Shown: positions 47,408 through 55,861 of the stretch, piece by piece
Layout: each line of letters opens with the position of its first letter
Position numbering within the stretch: the first letter of the stretch is position 1
DNA from: Myxococcales bacterium
Lineage (GTDB): Bacteria; Myxococcota; Myxococcia; Myxococcales; JAKAPL01
Assembly (NCBI GenBank): GCA_021783235.1
Contig: JAJXUD010000009.1
Coordinates: 1,911-65,910 of the forward strand
DNA: 64,000 nucleotides
Direction: 5' to 3'
Made by a program: the position numbers and the translations under genes
The notes under the pieces: model-generated
Told to the model about the DNA's origin: nothing
Databases searched by the model: none
The model's input: the letters and a program-made list of their open reading frames with translations, nothing else

Positions 47408-49072
47408 TCAACCGGGGATGTCGCGCCGCTTGAAGCGCGCCCCGAGCGCCTCGCCCACCCGGAAGCTGTTCGCCATGATCGTCAGCGTCGGCGGCACGCC
47501 GCCGGGGTTCGGCATGAAGCTGCCGTCGACCACGTAGAGGTTGTCGACCTCGTGGGCGCGGCACTCGCGGTCGAGGACCGAGGCCTTGGGATCGGCGCCG
47601 AACCGGCAGGTGCCGTACTGGAGGATCATCGACTCGCCGAAGCCCCAGGGCGACCAGGTCTCGTCGGGCTCGAGCGCCTTCAATATCTCCATCCCCCGGT
47701 CGTGCAGCGCCTCCGCGGCCGCGATGTCGTGCGGGTGGTGGGCGGTGGTGATGCGCGCCGAGGGGATGCCCCAGCGGTCGCGCACCTCGGGGTCGATCGT
47801 GACGTGCATGTCGGGGTTCGGCAGGCTCTCGCAGAAGCTCTCGAACGAGATCGTCACCGAATCGCGGATCCGCTCGCGCAGCCGGTTCTTGAGGCCGAGG
47901 CCGAAGGTGAGGTCGCCCTTGCCGCTGATCGCCTGGATCTCGGCGCCCGCGATCGGGTTCTCGTGGGCGAAGAGGAAGGAGAGCGTGCCGCCCTTCGGCA
48001 CGTCCTTCGTCGGCCAGAAGTAGAAGTCCTGCACGCAGCGGTGGATGAACGGCTCGGTGCTCGACATCCACGGTCGCTCGGCGATCCGCTTGTGGCGGTC
48101 GAACCGGGCGAAGCCGTCGCGGTGGTTCGAGAAGGTGAGGTTCCGCCCGACCTGGCCCGAGCGGTTCGCGAGCCCGTCCGGGAAGAGCGACGATCGCGAG
48201 TTCAAGAGGAGGCGGGCCGACTCGATCGCGCTGCACGAGACGACGACGACCCGCCCGCGCGCCCGCTGCTCGCGCCCCTGGCCGTCGAAGTAGAGGACGC
48301 CCTTCGCCCGCCCGCGCGAGTCGACCTCGACCGAGTAGGCCATCGAGTTGGGCCTGATCTCGCAGCGGCCGGTCGCCTCGGCGGCCGGCAGGACGCTCGC
48401 GGCGCTGCTCCCCTTGGCGCCGGTCTCGCAGCCGTAGCTGCCGCAGAGCGCGCAATAGCTGCAGATGCCGCGGTCGCCCATGGGGCGGGTCAGGATGGCG
48501 CGCGGCAGCGGAAACGCGTGCCAGCCGAGCCGCCCGCAGGCGCGGTCGATCTCCTTCGAGATCGGATGCTCGTCGAGCGGCGGGAATGGGAACGGGCCCG
48601 AGCGCGGCTCCTCGAACGGGTTGACGCCCGCCTTCCCGGAGACGCCGACGACGCGCTCCACCCGGTCGTAGTACGGGGCGAGCTCGGCGTACGAGATGGG
48701 CCAGTCCGCGACGCTGGTGCCGTCGACGGGGCCGATCTCCGAGCGCAGCCGGAAGTCCTCGGGCTTGAGCCGCAGGAAGAAGCCGCTCATGTGGACCGTG
48801 CCGCCGCCGACGCAGTTCGCGATCCAGCCCTGGCGGCTGCGGACGGGCTTGCCGCCCGGGTAGGCGAGCACGTGCGGCTCGTCCTCCTCGAACGGGACGA
48901 ACATGTTCTCGCGGCAGACCGCGAGCTCGTCGTGGACGAGCTCCTTCTTCTCGAGCCGCCTCCCCTTCTCGAGCACGAGCACCCGCGCCCCCGCGTGGGA
49001 CAGCTCGTAGGCGAGCGGGCCGCCGCCCGCGCCGCTCCCCACCAGCACCACGTCGTAGAGATCGTCGGCCAA
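47408..49072 (-). CDS. GMC-family FAD oxidoreductase (gluconate 2-dehydrogenase flavoprotein-like)
   Basis: N-terminal FAD motif DVVLVGSGAGGGPLAYEL and C-terminal GMC region (HEVDNLYVVDGSFMP). Confidence 0.85.
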   Translation of the reverse strand: MADDLYDVVLVGSGAGGGPLAYELSHAGARVLVLEKGRRLEKKELVHDELAVCRENMFVPFEEDEPHVLAYPGGKPVRSRQGWIANCVGGGTVHMSGFFLRLKPEDFRLRSEIGPVDGTSVADWPISYAELAPYYDRVERVVGVSGKAGVNPFEEPRSGPFPFPPLDEHPISKEIDRACGRLGWHAFPLPRAILTRPMGDRGICSYCALCGSYGCETGAKGSSAASVLPAAEATGRCEIRPNSMAYSVEVDSRGRAKGVLYFDGQGREQRARGRVVVVSCSAIESARLLLNSRSSLFPDGLANRSGQVGRNLTFSNHRDGFARFDRHKRIAERPWMSSTEPFIHRCVQDFYFWPTKDVPKGGTLSFLFAHENPIAGAEIQAISGKGDLTFGLGLKNRLRERIRDSVTISFESFCESLPNPDMHVTIDPEVRDRWGIPSARITTAHHPHDIAAAEALHDRGMEILKALEPDETWSPWGFGESMILQYGTCRFGADPKASVLDRECRAHEVDNLYVVDGSFMPNPGGVPPTLTIMANSFRVGEALGARFKRRDIPG

Positions 49073-49075
49073 GGC

Positions 49076-49621
49076 TCACTCGCAGCGGGGGTTGGGACAG
49101 GGGGCGTCGAAGCCGACGAGCTTCCAGCCGGCGCGGTCGCGGTTGCCGCCGTAGACCGGATCGGCGAAGGCGCCCTCGAGGGTGAGCAGGACGAGCTGCC
49201 GGACGGTGGCGTAGGCCTTGTCTCCCCCTTCGGCCGCGAACGACGCCATCGCCACGTCCTGGTCGCCGGGCTTCAGATCGACGAAGTGGCGCCCGTGCCG
49301 CTTCCAGGCCCAGTCGGAGAGGGCGTGGAGCCCCCGCCGGAGCCGGGCCGCCGAGCGGCCCGCGCGCTTGCCGGGGCGGGCGAGGCGGCGGTCGATGAAG
49401 TCGACGACGCCGAGCTCCTTCGCGCCGGGCTCCTCGTCCTTCGGCAGGACGCGCTCGCAGGCCGCGGCGCAGAGCGCGAGCTCCTCGCCCGAGAGCGACT
49501 TGCCCGCGGGGCCGAAGTCACGGGGCGGCGGGTGGTCGGGCCTGCGGCAGCCGACGGCGAGGCCGCCGCTCGCGGCGGCCGCGAGCCCGAGGAAGCGTCG
49601 GCGCGTCAGGGAGGAGGGCAT
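49076..49621 (-). CDS. gluconate 2-dehydrogenase subunit-3-like small subunit with Tat signal
   Basis: Twin-arginine signal TRRRFLGLAAAASGG, 181 aa, immediately upstream of the GMC flavoprotein gene. Confidence 0.7.
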   Translation of the reverse strand: MPSSLTRRRFLGLAAAASGGLAVGCRRPDHPPPRDFGPAGKSLSGEELALCAAACERVLPKDEEPGAKELGVVDFIDRRLARPGKRAGRSAARLRRGLHALSDWAWKRHGRHFVDLKPGDQDVAMASFAAEGGDKAYATVRQLVLLTLEGAFADPVYGGNRDRAGWKLVGFDAPCPNPRCE

Positions 49622-49642
49622 CGATGGGGTCTTACCGGACCC

Positions 49643-50701
49643 TCAGCCCGGAGGCAACGCGGGCGCCGGGGGCGGGGGCCGGTTTGCCGAGAGGGAGCGC
49701 AGAAAGGCGACGAGGTCGCGCTTCTCGTCCGCGGTCAAGCCGAGCGGACGGATCCTCGGGTCGACGCCGAGCCCCGCCGTCCCGCCGATGCCGCCGCGGG
49801 CGTAGTACTCGACCACCTCGTCGAGGCTCGTGAAGCTGCCGTCGTGCATGTAGGGCGCGGTCTCGAGGAGCTCGCGCAGGGTCGGCGTCTTGAAGGCGCC
49901 GCGGTCCTCGATCCGGTGGGTCACGTTGAACCGGCCGAGCTCCGGGAACTCGGGCTTGTCGCGCGGGTCCGGCGCGTAGAAGCGCCGCTCGGGGTCGTCC
50001 TGGCCGATCCCGATGTCGTGGAACTGCTCGTCCGTGAAGTTCGGCCCCGAGTGGCAGCTCGCGCAGCCGGCCTTGCCGAAGAAGAGCTCCCGTCCGCGCT
50101 GCGCCTCGGCGGAGAGCGCGCCGCGGTCGCCCGCGACCCAGCGATCGTAGGGGGAGTCGCCGGCCAGGATCGTCCGGCAGTAGGTCGCGATGGCCTGCAC
50201 GACGTTCTCCTGGTCGGGGCCGCGGCCAAAGGCCCGCTCGAAGGCCGTCCGGTAGCCGGGGATGGCCGCGAGCCGCTCCCAGTAGGGCGTCTTCGCCCGC
50301 CACTCGACGAAGCGGAGCACGCCCGCGACGAGATCCTCGAGCGACTGTCCCGCGGAGCCGTCCCAGAACTCCCAGTGGCCGTAAGCGCGGTTGAAGACCG
50401 TGGGGGAGTTGCGGTGGAAGCCCATCGTCGGCTCGCGCCCCGCGTAGCCGTGATCGGGGGGATGGCAGTCGGCGCACGAGCTGTGCCACTGCGTCGCCAG
50501 CCGCCGGTCGTAATAGAGCAGCCGGCCGAGCTCGACCTTCTCGACGGTCATCGGGTCGTCCGCCGGGACGGGAACCGCCGGCAGGCCGAGAGGGGGCTGC
50601 CCCGCGTCGGGGGTCCGGCTCTCCCGGGCGGGCGGCGCGGCCCCCGTTCCCCGCGCGCAGGCGGCGAGCGCCAGGAGCGCTGCGGCGAGCGGGCCTCGCA
50701 T
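49643..50701 (-). CDS. di-haem cytochrome c peroxidase / MauG family
   Basis: Two CxxCH motifs (CADCH, CASCH) with CCP-family spacing and flanks (FFGKAGCASCHSGPNFTD). A signal peptide is present. Confidence 0.85.
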   Translation of the reverse strand: MRGPLAAALLALAACARGTGAAPPARESRTPDAGQPPLGLPAVPVPADDPMTVEKVELGRLLYYDRRLATQWHSSCADCHPPDHGYAGREPTMGFHRNSPTVFNRAYGHWEFWDGSAGQSLEDLVAGVLRFVEWRAKTPYWERLAAIPGYRTAFERAFGRGPDQENVVQAIATYCRTILAGDSPYDRWVAGDRGALSAEAQRGRELFFGKAGCASCHSGPNFTDEQFHDIGIGQDDPERRFYAPDPRDKPEFPELGRFNVTHRIEDRGAFKTPTLRELLETAPYMHDGSFTSLDEVVEYYARGGIGGTAGLGVDPRIRPLGLTADEKRDLVAFLRSLSANRPPPPAPALPPG

Positions 50702-50790
50702 TCGGGGCGTGAATGTACGGGCGCCATCGAGCGTCGGTCAATCGTGTAAGGGGATGGATCGGCCGGCCAGGCCGCGATAGGAGTAAAGCC

Positions 50791-51258
50791 ATGAGAGCGA
50801 TTCTGCTGAGCGCCTTGCTCGCCTCGTCGTCCTGGGCTTGGGCGGCGGAGCAGCCGGCGCCGGATCTCGGGAGCTGGCCCTCCCGCCACGCGGCGGCCGC
50901 CCAGTCGTTCGAGGCGTGGCTGCGGGCCTACCCGCTCGCGGCGCGGCGGCTCTTCGCCTGGGACCACGGCCATCCGCTGCGCGCCCAGAGCTTCGTCGAG
51001 TGGGCGGCGGGCCACCCGAACGAGGGGCTCGACGCCTTCGCCGCAGAGCACGGCGAGTGGCCCGTGGTCCAGACGCTCTTCAGCCGCCACCGCCCCGCGC
51101 TCGAGGCCTTCGTCGTCTGGGCCGAGGCCCACCCCGACGCGGCGCGCGAGCTCGTCGCGAAGCCGCGCGGCCTCGCCTGGATCGGCAATCACTACGCGGA
51201 CGACTGGAAGCCGGAGCTCGAGCCGGCGGCTCCTTCGAGCCCCGTTCAAGGAGGCTGA
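50791..51258 (+). CDS. secreted helical-repeat protein, unknown family (module 1, gene 1)
   Basis: Signal peptide MRAILLSALLASSSWAWA. Three internal repeats of the form H(P)xAAxxFxxW(A)xxHPxAAxxL. Paralogue at 52058..52567. Confidence 0.65.
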   Translation: MRAILLSALLASSSWAWAAEQPAPDLGSWPSRHAAAAQSFEAWLRAYPLAARRLFAWDHGHPLRAQSFVEWAAGHPNEGLDAFAAEHGEWPVVQTLFSRHRPALEAFVVWAEAHPDAARELVAKPRGLAWIGNHYADDWKPELEPAAPSSPVQGG

Positions 51259-51259
51259 A

Positions 51260-51643
51260 ATGCGCGCGACCCTTCTATTGGCGGCCGTCCTCGGCTTCGG
51301 CGCGGCGGGCTGCATCTACCCGGCGAACGGCGGCTACCAGACCCGCACCTACCGCTGCAACGCCGACGGCGGCTGCGTCATCAGCCGCAGCGGGGTCGCG
51401 ACGACCTACGGCTACGGCGCGGTCGTCCCCTACGCCTGCGGCGCGGGAGTCATCGCCATCGGCTGCGGCGGCCCGACGGTGGTCTACACGCCGGGCTACG
51501 GCGGAGCCGGCTGCGGGGTCAGCTGCGGCGGAGTCGTCGTCTCCTGCGGCGGAGTCGTCGCCTCCTGCGGCGCTTCGTGTGGAGCCTCCTGCGGAGCTTC
51601 CTGCGGCGGTGGCTGCGGCGGCGGTTGTGGCGGCTGCGGCTGA
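51260..51643 (+). CDS. lipoprotein with Cys/Gly-rich C-terminal tail ending CGGCG (module 1, gene 2)
   Basis: Lipobox LGFGAAGC. Conserved core YRCNADGGC...YGYGAVVPYACGAG...GCGGP. Tail SCGGVVVSCGGVVASCGASCGASCGASCGGGCGGGCGGCG. The start is 2 nt after the upstream stop. Paralogue at 52564..52887. Confidence 0.65.
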   Translation: MRATLLLAAVLGFGAAGCIYPANGGYQTRTYRCNADGGCVISRSGVATTYGYGAVVPYACGAGVIAIGCGGPTVVYTPGYGGAGCGVSCGGVVVSCGGVVASCGASCGASCGASCGGGCGGGCGGCG

Positions 51644-51712
51644 GAGGGCCTCCGATCGTTCCCGCGCACCTGTCCCCGTCACTCGAGTGATCTCATGCTG
51701 AGAGGAGAAGCC

Positions 51713-51949
51713 ATGAAGAAGATGCTCCGCCGACTGTCGCTGCCGCTCTTCCTCGCCCTCGCCGCCGCGCTCCCGGCGCGCCCCGCGAAGGCGCAGGTCG
51801 TCGTCTACCACCCGTTCTACCGCCCCTGGGTCTACCGGCCGGTGGTCGTCGCTCCGCCGATCTACCGCCCGATGGTCGTCGGGCCGGTCTACCACCCGTG
51901 GGTCTACCGGCCCGTCTACCGGCCGGTCTACCGCGGGTGGGATCGCTAG
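51713..51949 (+). CDS. small secreted Tyr/Pro/Val repeat protein
   Basis: GAGGAG RBS and signal peptide MKKMLRRLSLPLFLALAAALPARPAKA. The mature ~50 aa are made of (V/W)(V)Y(R/H)P repeats (VYHPFYRPWVYRPVVV...VYRPVYRPVYRGW). Confidence 0.55.
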   Translation: MKKMLRRLSLPLFLALAAALPARPAKAQVVVYHPFYRPWVYRPVVVAPPIYRPMVVGPVYHPWVYRPVYRPVYRGWDR

Positions 51950-52057
51950 CCGTCGAAGTCGAGCCACGACGGCGTTGACAGGGACGGAGACGGGGCGCTA
52001 CCGTTCCAAGGGCTCGGTCGGCGAGAAGACGCCCGACCGGGAGGAGGATTCTTCGCA

Positions 52058-52567
52058 ATGATCGGCAAGCAGGCACTCGTTCCGCTCGCTCTCCTGGCGC
52101 TCGCGGCCCCGTCGCGCGCCTCGGAGGCGCCGGTCGCGCCGCCCGAGCTCACGGGCTGGTCGCAGTCCCACCCGGACGCGGCCGCCGCCCTGGAGCAGTG
52201 GATCCGTCAGTACCCGAACGCCGCCCATCGGCTCTTCGTCTGGGATCGGCAGCATCCGCGGCGCGCCCAGACCTTCGTCGAGTGGGCGGCCGCCTCGGCC
52301 GGGCAAGGGCTCGACGCCTTCGACCAGGGCCATCCCGACTGGCCGGTGGTCGGCGATGTCTTCCGTCCGTTCCGTCCGGCGGTCGAAGGGCTCGTCGCCT
52401 GGGCGCAGGCCCACCCGCGGGCCGCGAAGGATCTGATGGTGAAGCCGCGCGGGCTCGCCTGGGTCGGCTTCCACCTCTTCCGCTCCGACTGGGAGCCTGA
52501 AATCGCCCCGGCCGGCGACACCGCGGCGACCGCGGCGCCGGCCCCTCGCTCGCAGGTGACGCCGTGA
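52058..52567 (+). CDS. secreted helical-repeat protein, unknown family (module 2, gene 1)
   Basis: Signal peptide and the same HPxAAxxxxxW repeat architecture as 50791..51258, with alignable blocks (RAQSFVEWAAGHP vs RAQTFVEWAAASA; KPRGLAWIG vs KPRGLAWVG). Confidence 0.65.
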   Translation: MIGKQALVPLALLALAAPSRASEAPVAPPELTGWSQSHPDAAAALEQWIRQYPNAAHRLFVWDRQHPRRAQTFVEWAAASAGQGLDAFDQGHPDWPVVGDVFRPFRPAVEGLVAWAQAHPRAAKDLMVKPRGLAWVGFHLFRSDWEPEIAPAGDTAATAAPAPRSQVTP

Positions 52568-52887
52568 CCCGCGCTCTCTTCCTCGCAACCGTCCTCGCCT
52601 TCCCGCTGCTCGGCAGCTGCGTCGTGGCGCCGCCGGCGGCCGTCGGGGCCCGAAGCTACCAGTGCCAGCAGAACGGCGGCTGCAACGTCGTCGTCAACGG
52701 CGCGCCGGCCTACTACGGCTACGGAGCCGTCGTGCCGGTCGCCTGCGCGGGCGTCGTGGTCATGGGCTGCGGCGGCCCGGTGGTGGCGGCCTGCGGCGCC
52801 GTGGCGTCCTGCGGGGCCGTGGTCGTCTCCTGCGGCGTGGCGTCCTGCGGCGGCGCCTCCTGCGGCGGCTGCGGCGGCTGCGGCTGA
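52564..52887 (+). CDS. lipoprotein with Cys/Gly-rich C-terminal tail ending CGGCG (module 2, gene 2)
   Basis: Lipobox LLGSC. Conserved core YQCQQNGGC...YGYGAVVPVACAG...GCGGP. Tail ...SCGVASCGGASCGGCGGCG. The start overlaps the upstream stop (GTGA). Confidence 0.65.
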   Translation: MTRALFLATVLAFPLLGSCVVAPPAAVGARSYQCQQNGGCNVVVNGAPAYYGYGAVVPVACAGVVVMGCGGPVVAACGAVASCGAVVVSCGVASCGGASCGGCGGCG

Positions 52888-52917
52888 GGGCCATGGGCGG
52901 CTCGCCCGCCCGCTGGC

Positions 52918-54069
52918 CTAGACCACCCAGACCGGCACGATCAGCGCGGAGTCGTTCGCGTACTGGATCCGGTCGGGGCCCGAGCGGCTGCGCGAGCGGC
53001 CGCCCTCTTCATCGCTCTGGAGCGGCTGCGAGTTGCCCGCCCGATCGGTGGCGCGCGCGAAGAGCAGCCGGGGGCCGCGGGTCGCCGGGGTCCAGCGCCA
53101 GTGGAAGCGGCGCCAGGCGAAGGGGTTCGGCGGATCGAGCAGCTCCGCCTCGTGGAACGTCCGGCCGCCGTCGACGCTGATCTCCATCCGGGCGGCGCCG
53201 CCGCGACCGCCCCAGGCGGCGCCGATGACGTCGACCTCGAGCCCCGCCGGCAGCCGCGCGCCGGGGCGCGGCCGGCCGATCTCCGACTGGATGCGCAGCT
53301 CGCCGAGCGTCCGCCCGTCCGGGGCGTCATCGGAGACCCGCACGTAGCGGCGCCGCTGGTAGAAGCCCTCGAACGGCTTCGAGACGACGATGAGCCGGCG
53401 CAGCCACTTGACCGAGTCGGTCGCGTAGCGGCCCGGGAAGATCGCCCGCAGCGGGCCGCCGTGGAGGGCCGGCAGGGGGCCGCCGTTCATCCGCGTGGCG
53501 AGCAGCGCCGAGGGGGCGAGCGCGGCCTCGAGCGGCACGCTCCGGGCGAAGGGGCGACGCGCCGGGTCGCCGCTCTCGCTGCCTTCGTCCGCGCCGACCG
53601 AGACGACCTCGACGGCGCCCGGCCGGGGCTTCGCGCGGCCGAGGAGCCCGGCGAGCGAGACGCCGGCGAAGCTGCCGGTGCTGGCGCCGCTGAAGGCCCG
53701 CCCCGCGCCCGGCGGGCCGAGGCCGTTGCGGCCGGCGTTGCCGGCGCACTCCAGCGTGACGGGTAGCTCGACGGGAGTCTGCGAGAGCTCGGCGAGCGAG
53801 AGCGAGAGCGGCGCCTCGACCTCGCCTTCGATGGAGAGCCTCCAGCCGTCCGCGCGCCCGGCGACCTCGGGCAGGCCGAAGTGGTCGCGGACGAAGAACT
53901 CGTCGAGCGGCGTCAAGAGCGCGTCGACCCGCGCGATGGGGAAGCCGTCGAAGCGGGCGCGCGAGCGGGGCCCTGGGCGCCGGCAGGCCGACAGGCCGAG
54001 CGCCCCTTCGGCGAGCAGCCGCAGGAGGCGCCGCCTCGTCCAGCCGTCGATCACGGATGGCTCGGCCAC
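52918..54069 (-). CDS. sulfite-oxidase-family molybdopterin oxidoreductase (Tat-exported)
   Basis: RRRLLRLL twin-arginine-like signal. Oxidoreductase molybdopterin-binding-type region (VTLECAGN, LRAIFPGRYATDSVKWLRRL) and a C-terminal Ig-like dimerisation-type domain. Confidence 0.75.
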   Translation of the reverse strand: MAEPSVIDGWTRRRLLRLLAEGALGLSACRRPGPRSRARFDGFPIARVDALLTPLDEFFVRDHFGLPEVAGRADGWRLSIEGEVEAPLSLSLAELSQTPVELPVTLECAGNAGRNGLGPPGAGRAFSGASTGSFAGVSLAGLLGRAKPRPGAVEVVSVGADEGSESGDPARRPFARSVPLEAALAPSALLATRMNGGPLPALHGGPLRAIFPGRYATDSVKWLRRLIVVSKPFEGFYQRRRYVRVSDDAPDGRTLGELRIQSEIGRPRPGARLPAGLEVDVIGAAWGGRGGAARMEISVDGGRTFHEAELLDPPNPFAWRRFHWRWTPATRGPRLLFARATDRAGNSQPLQSDEEGGRSRSRSGPDRIQYANDSALIVPVWVV

Positions 54070-54193
54070 GGCGGCGAGGCTAGCACCGGCGCCCCCTCAC
54101 TGAACAGTGGACGCGCTGGTCCCTCGTGCGGTAGAACTCTCGACCGGACAGGGTGCGGACAGCCACCACGGCGCGCCCCGGGAGGTCGTCGAC

Positions 54194-55861
54194 ATGCTGA
54201 CGTCGTTTGCCGCGCTCGCTCTCTGGAGTGCCGCTGGAGCCGCCCAGAACCCCTGCGAACGCACCGCCGGCCACCGCGGCTACACGATCCTCGTCGAGGA
54301 GAGCGGCCACTTCGTCCACTGCCGCGGCGGGGAAGAGACCGAGTCGGAGCCGCTCTCGCACGAGCGGGTCGTCCTCCAGTTCCCGCCGCTCCGCCCCGAC
54401 CAGCCGTACCGCTACCGGCTCGTCGAATCGGGCGGCGCCGTCGTCCCCTCGCACCACCCGAAGATCTTCACCCGCCAGCTCGCCATCGCCGACGATCTCG
54501 AGGGCGCGTTGCGCGACCTCGAGCGGGCGCCCGAGAGCATCGGCGAGGCGCTGCAGCACCTCGAGCCGGCGGGTGGGGCCGCCGCCGAGGAGGGCGCCGG
54601 CGCGCGCAAGGCCGCGCCGGTTCGCGAGCTTCCGACGACGCCGAAGCTCGAGGCAGCCAAGGCCAAGTACCTGAGCGTCGCCACGCCGGCCTTCGTCGAC
54701 GCCCTCCACCGGCTCAAGGTCGACCTCGGCCACATCGGGGAGATCGCGGACCAGGCGGCGTTCGCCTGCAAGATGGACGGTTCCAACGTCGCCGAGGGGC
54801 TCACCGATCTCGTCGCGGCCCGCTGCGCGGGCGGCGGGCCGGGCGTGCCGCTCGAGCAGGCGCTCTCGCCGCTCGCGAGCGACCTCGAGCGGTTCATGCG
54901 CGCGCGCAAGGAGGCCCGCGACGCCCTCTTCGACGCCTCGCTCGCGCCGAGCTCCGAGTCGGAGGCCGAGGCGATGAGCACGAAGGCGAAGGAGGCGCTC
55001 ACCCGGGCCACCGCCGCCGCGGAGAAGCTCGTCGACGACGCCGGCCCCGCCGCCCAGGCGGCCACCAAGGCCGCGACCGACCTGCGCTTCCTCCAGGCCG
55101 CCCTCTCCATCCCGGCCCACGCCGGCGAGGGGCGTCGGCTGCTGCTCGGCCGCTTCCCGGCGAACGGCCTCTTCGCGGCGCCGGACCTCTACCAGATCTC
55201 GGTGGCCCGCGAGCCGTCGCCGCTCTTCGACCTCGGCGAGGAGGAGGAGGGGCAGGCGGCGCCCAAGGAGAAGAACGAGGTCCTGACCGACCGCTTCCAG
55301 CCGCAGCCGCGCGACTGGTTCGACATCGGCATCGCGCTGCTCTACTCCGCCGGCCTGCCGGATCACCCGGATCTCTCCGGTCGCGAGGGGCAGCAGACGC
55401 TCGTGCAGGTGCCGACCGCCGGCTTCGTCGGCGGCATCCTCGCGAGCCTCGAGCCGATCGGGCTCTTCGCCCCCGCGAGCGAGTGGGGGCCGATCCTCCG
55501 CTTCCCCACCATCATCGTGCCGTTCACGATCGATCCGCTCTCGAACTACTTCATCGGCGGCGGCATCGGCTGGGGCGAGATCGGCGCCATCAACGTCGGC
55601 GCCCACCTCGCGATCACCCGCGATCCGGCCTCCGGCGTCTACTACGGGGAGACGTTCAAGACGACGCCGATCTACCTCGACCACGTCACCCAGCCGGGTC
55701 CCATCGAGGCCGGCTACTTCGTGAGCTTGAGCCTCGATCTCGTCGGCATCGCCCACCTGATCATGGACGAACGGCATCCGACGATCCGCGACGCGCACAC
55801 CGGCAAGCCGCTGGAGTCGGGCAGCGCGCCCGCGCCCGCGCACGCCTCCGCCGCCCCCTGA
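54194..55861 (+). CDS. secreted protein of unknown function
   Basis: GGAGG RBS and signal-like MLTSFAALALWSAAGAAQ. The helical Ala/Glu-rich middle is followed by a Gly/aromatic-rich C-terminal third. No recognisable motif. Confidence 0.55.
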   Translation: MLTSFAALALWSAAGAAQNPCERTAGHRGYTILVEESGHFVHCRGGEETESEPLSHERVVLQFPPLRPDQPYRYRLVESGGAVVPSHHPKIFTRQLAIADDLEGALRDLERAPESIGEALQHLEPAGGAAAEEGAGARKAAPVRELPTTPKLEAAKAKYLSVATPAFVDALHRLKVDLGHIGEIADQAAFACKMDGSNVAEGLTDLVAARCAGGGPGVPLEQALSPLASDLERFMRARKEARDALFDASLAPSSESEAEAMSTKAKEALTRATAAAEKLVDDAGPAAQAATKAATDLRFLQAALSIPAHAGEGRRLLLGRFPANGLFAAPDLYQISVAREPSPLFDLGEEEEGQAAPKEKNEVLTDRFQPQPRDWFDIGIALLYSAGLPDHPDLSGREGQQTLVQVPTAGFVGGILASLEPIGLFAPASEWGPILRFPTIIVPFTIDPLSNYFIGGGIGWGEIGAINVGAHLAITRDPASGVYYGETFKTTPIYLDHVTQPGPIEAGYFVSLSLDLVGIAHLIMDERHPTIRDAHTGKPLESGSAPAPAHASAAP

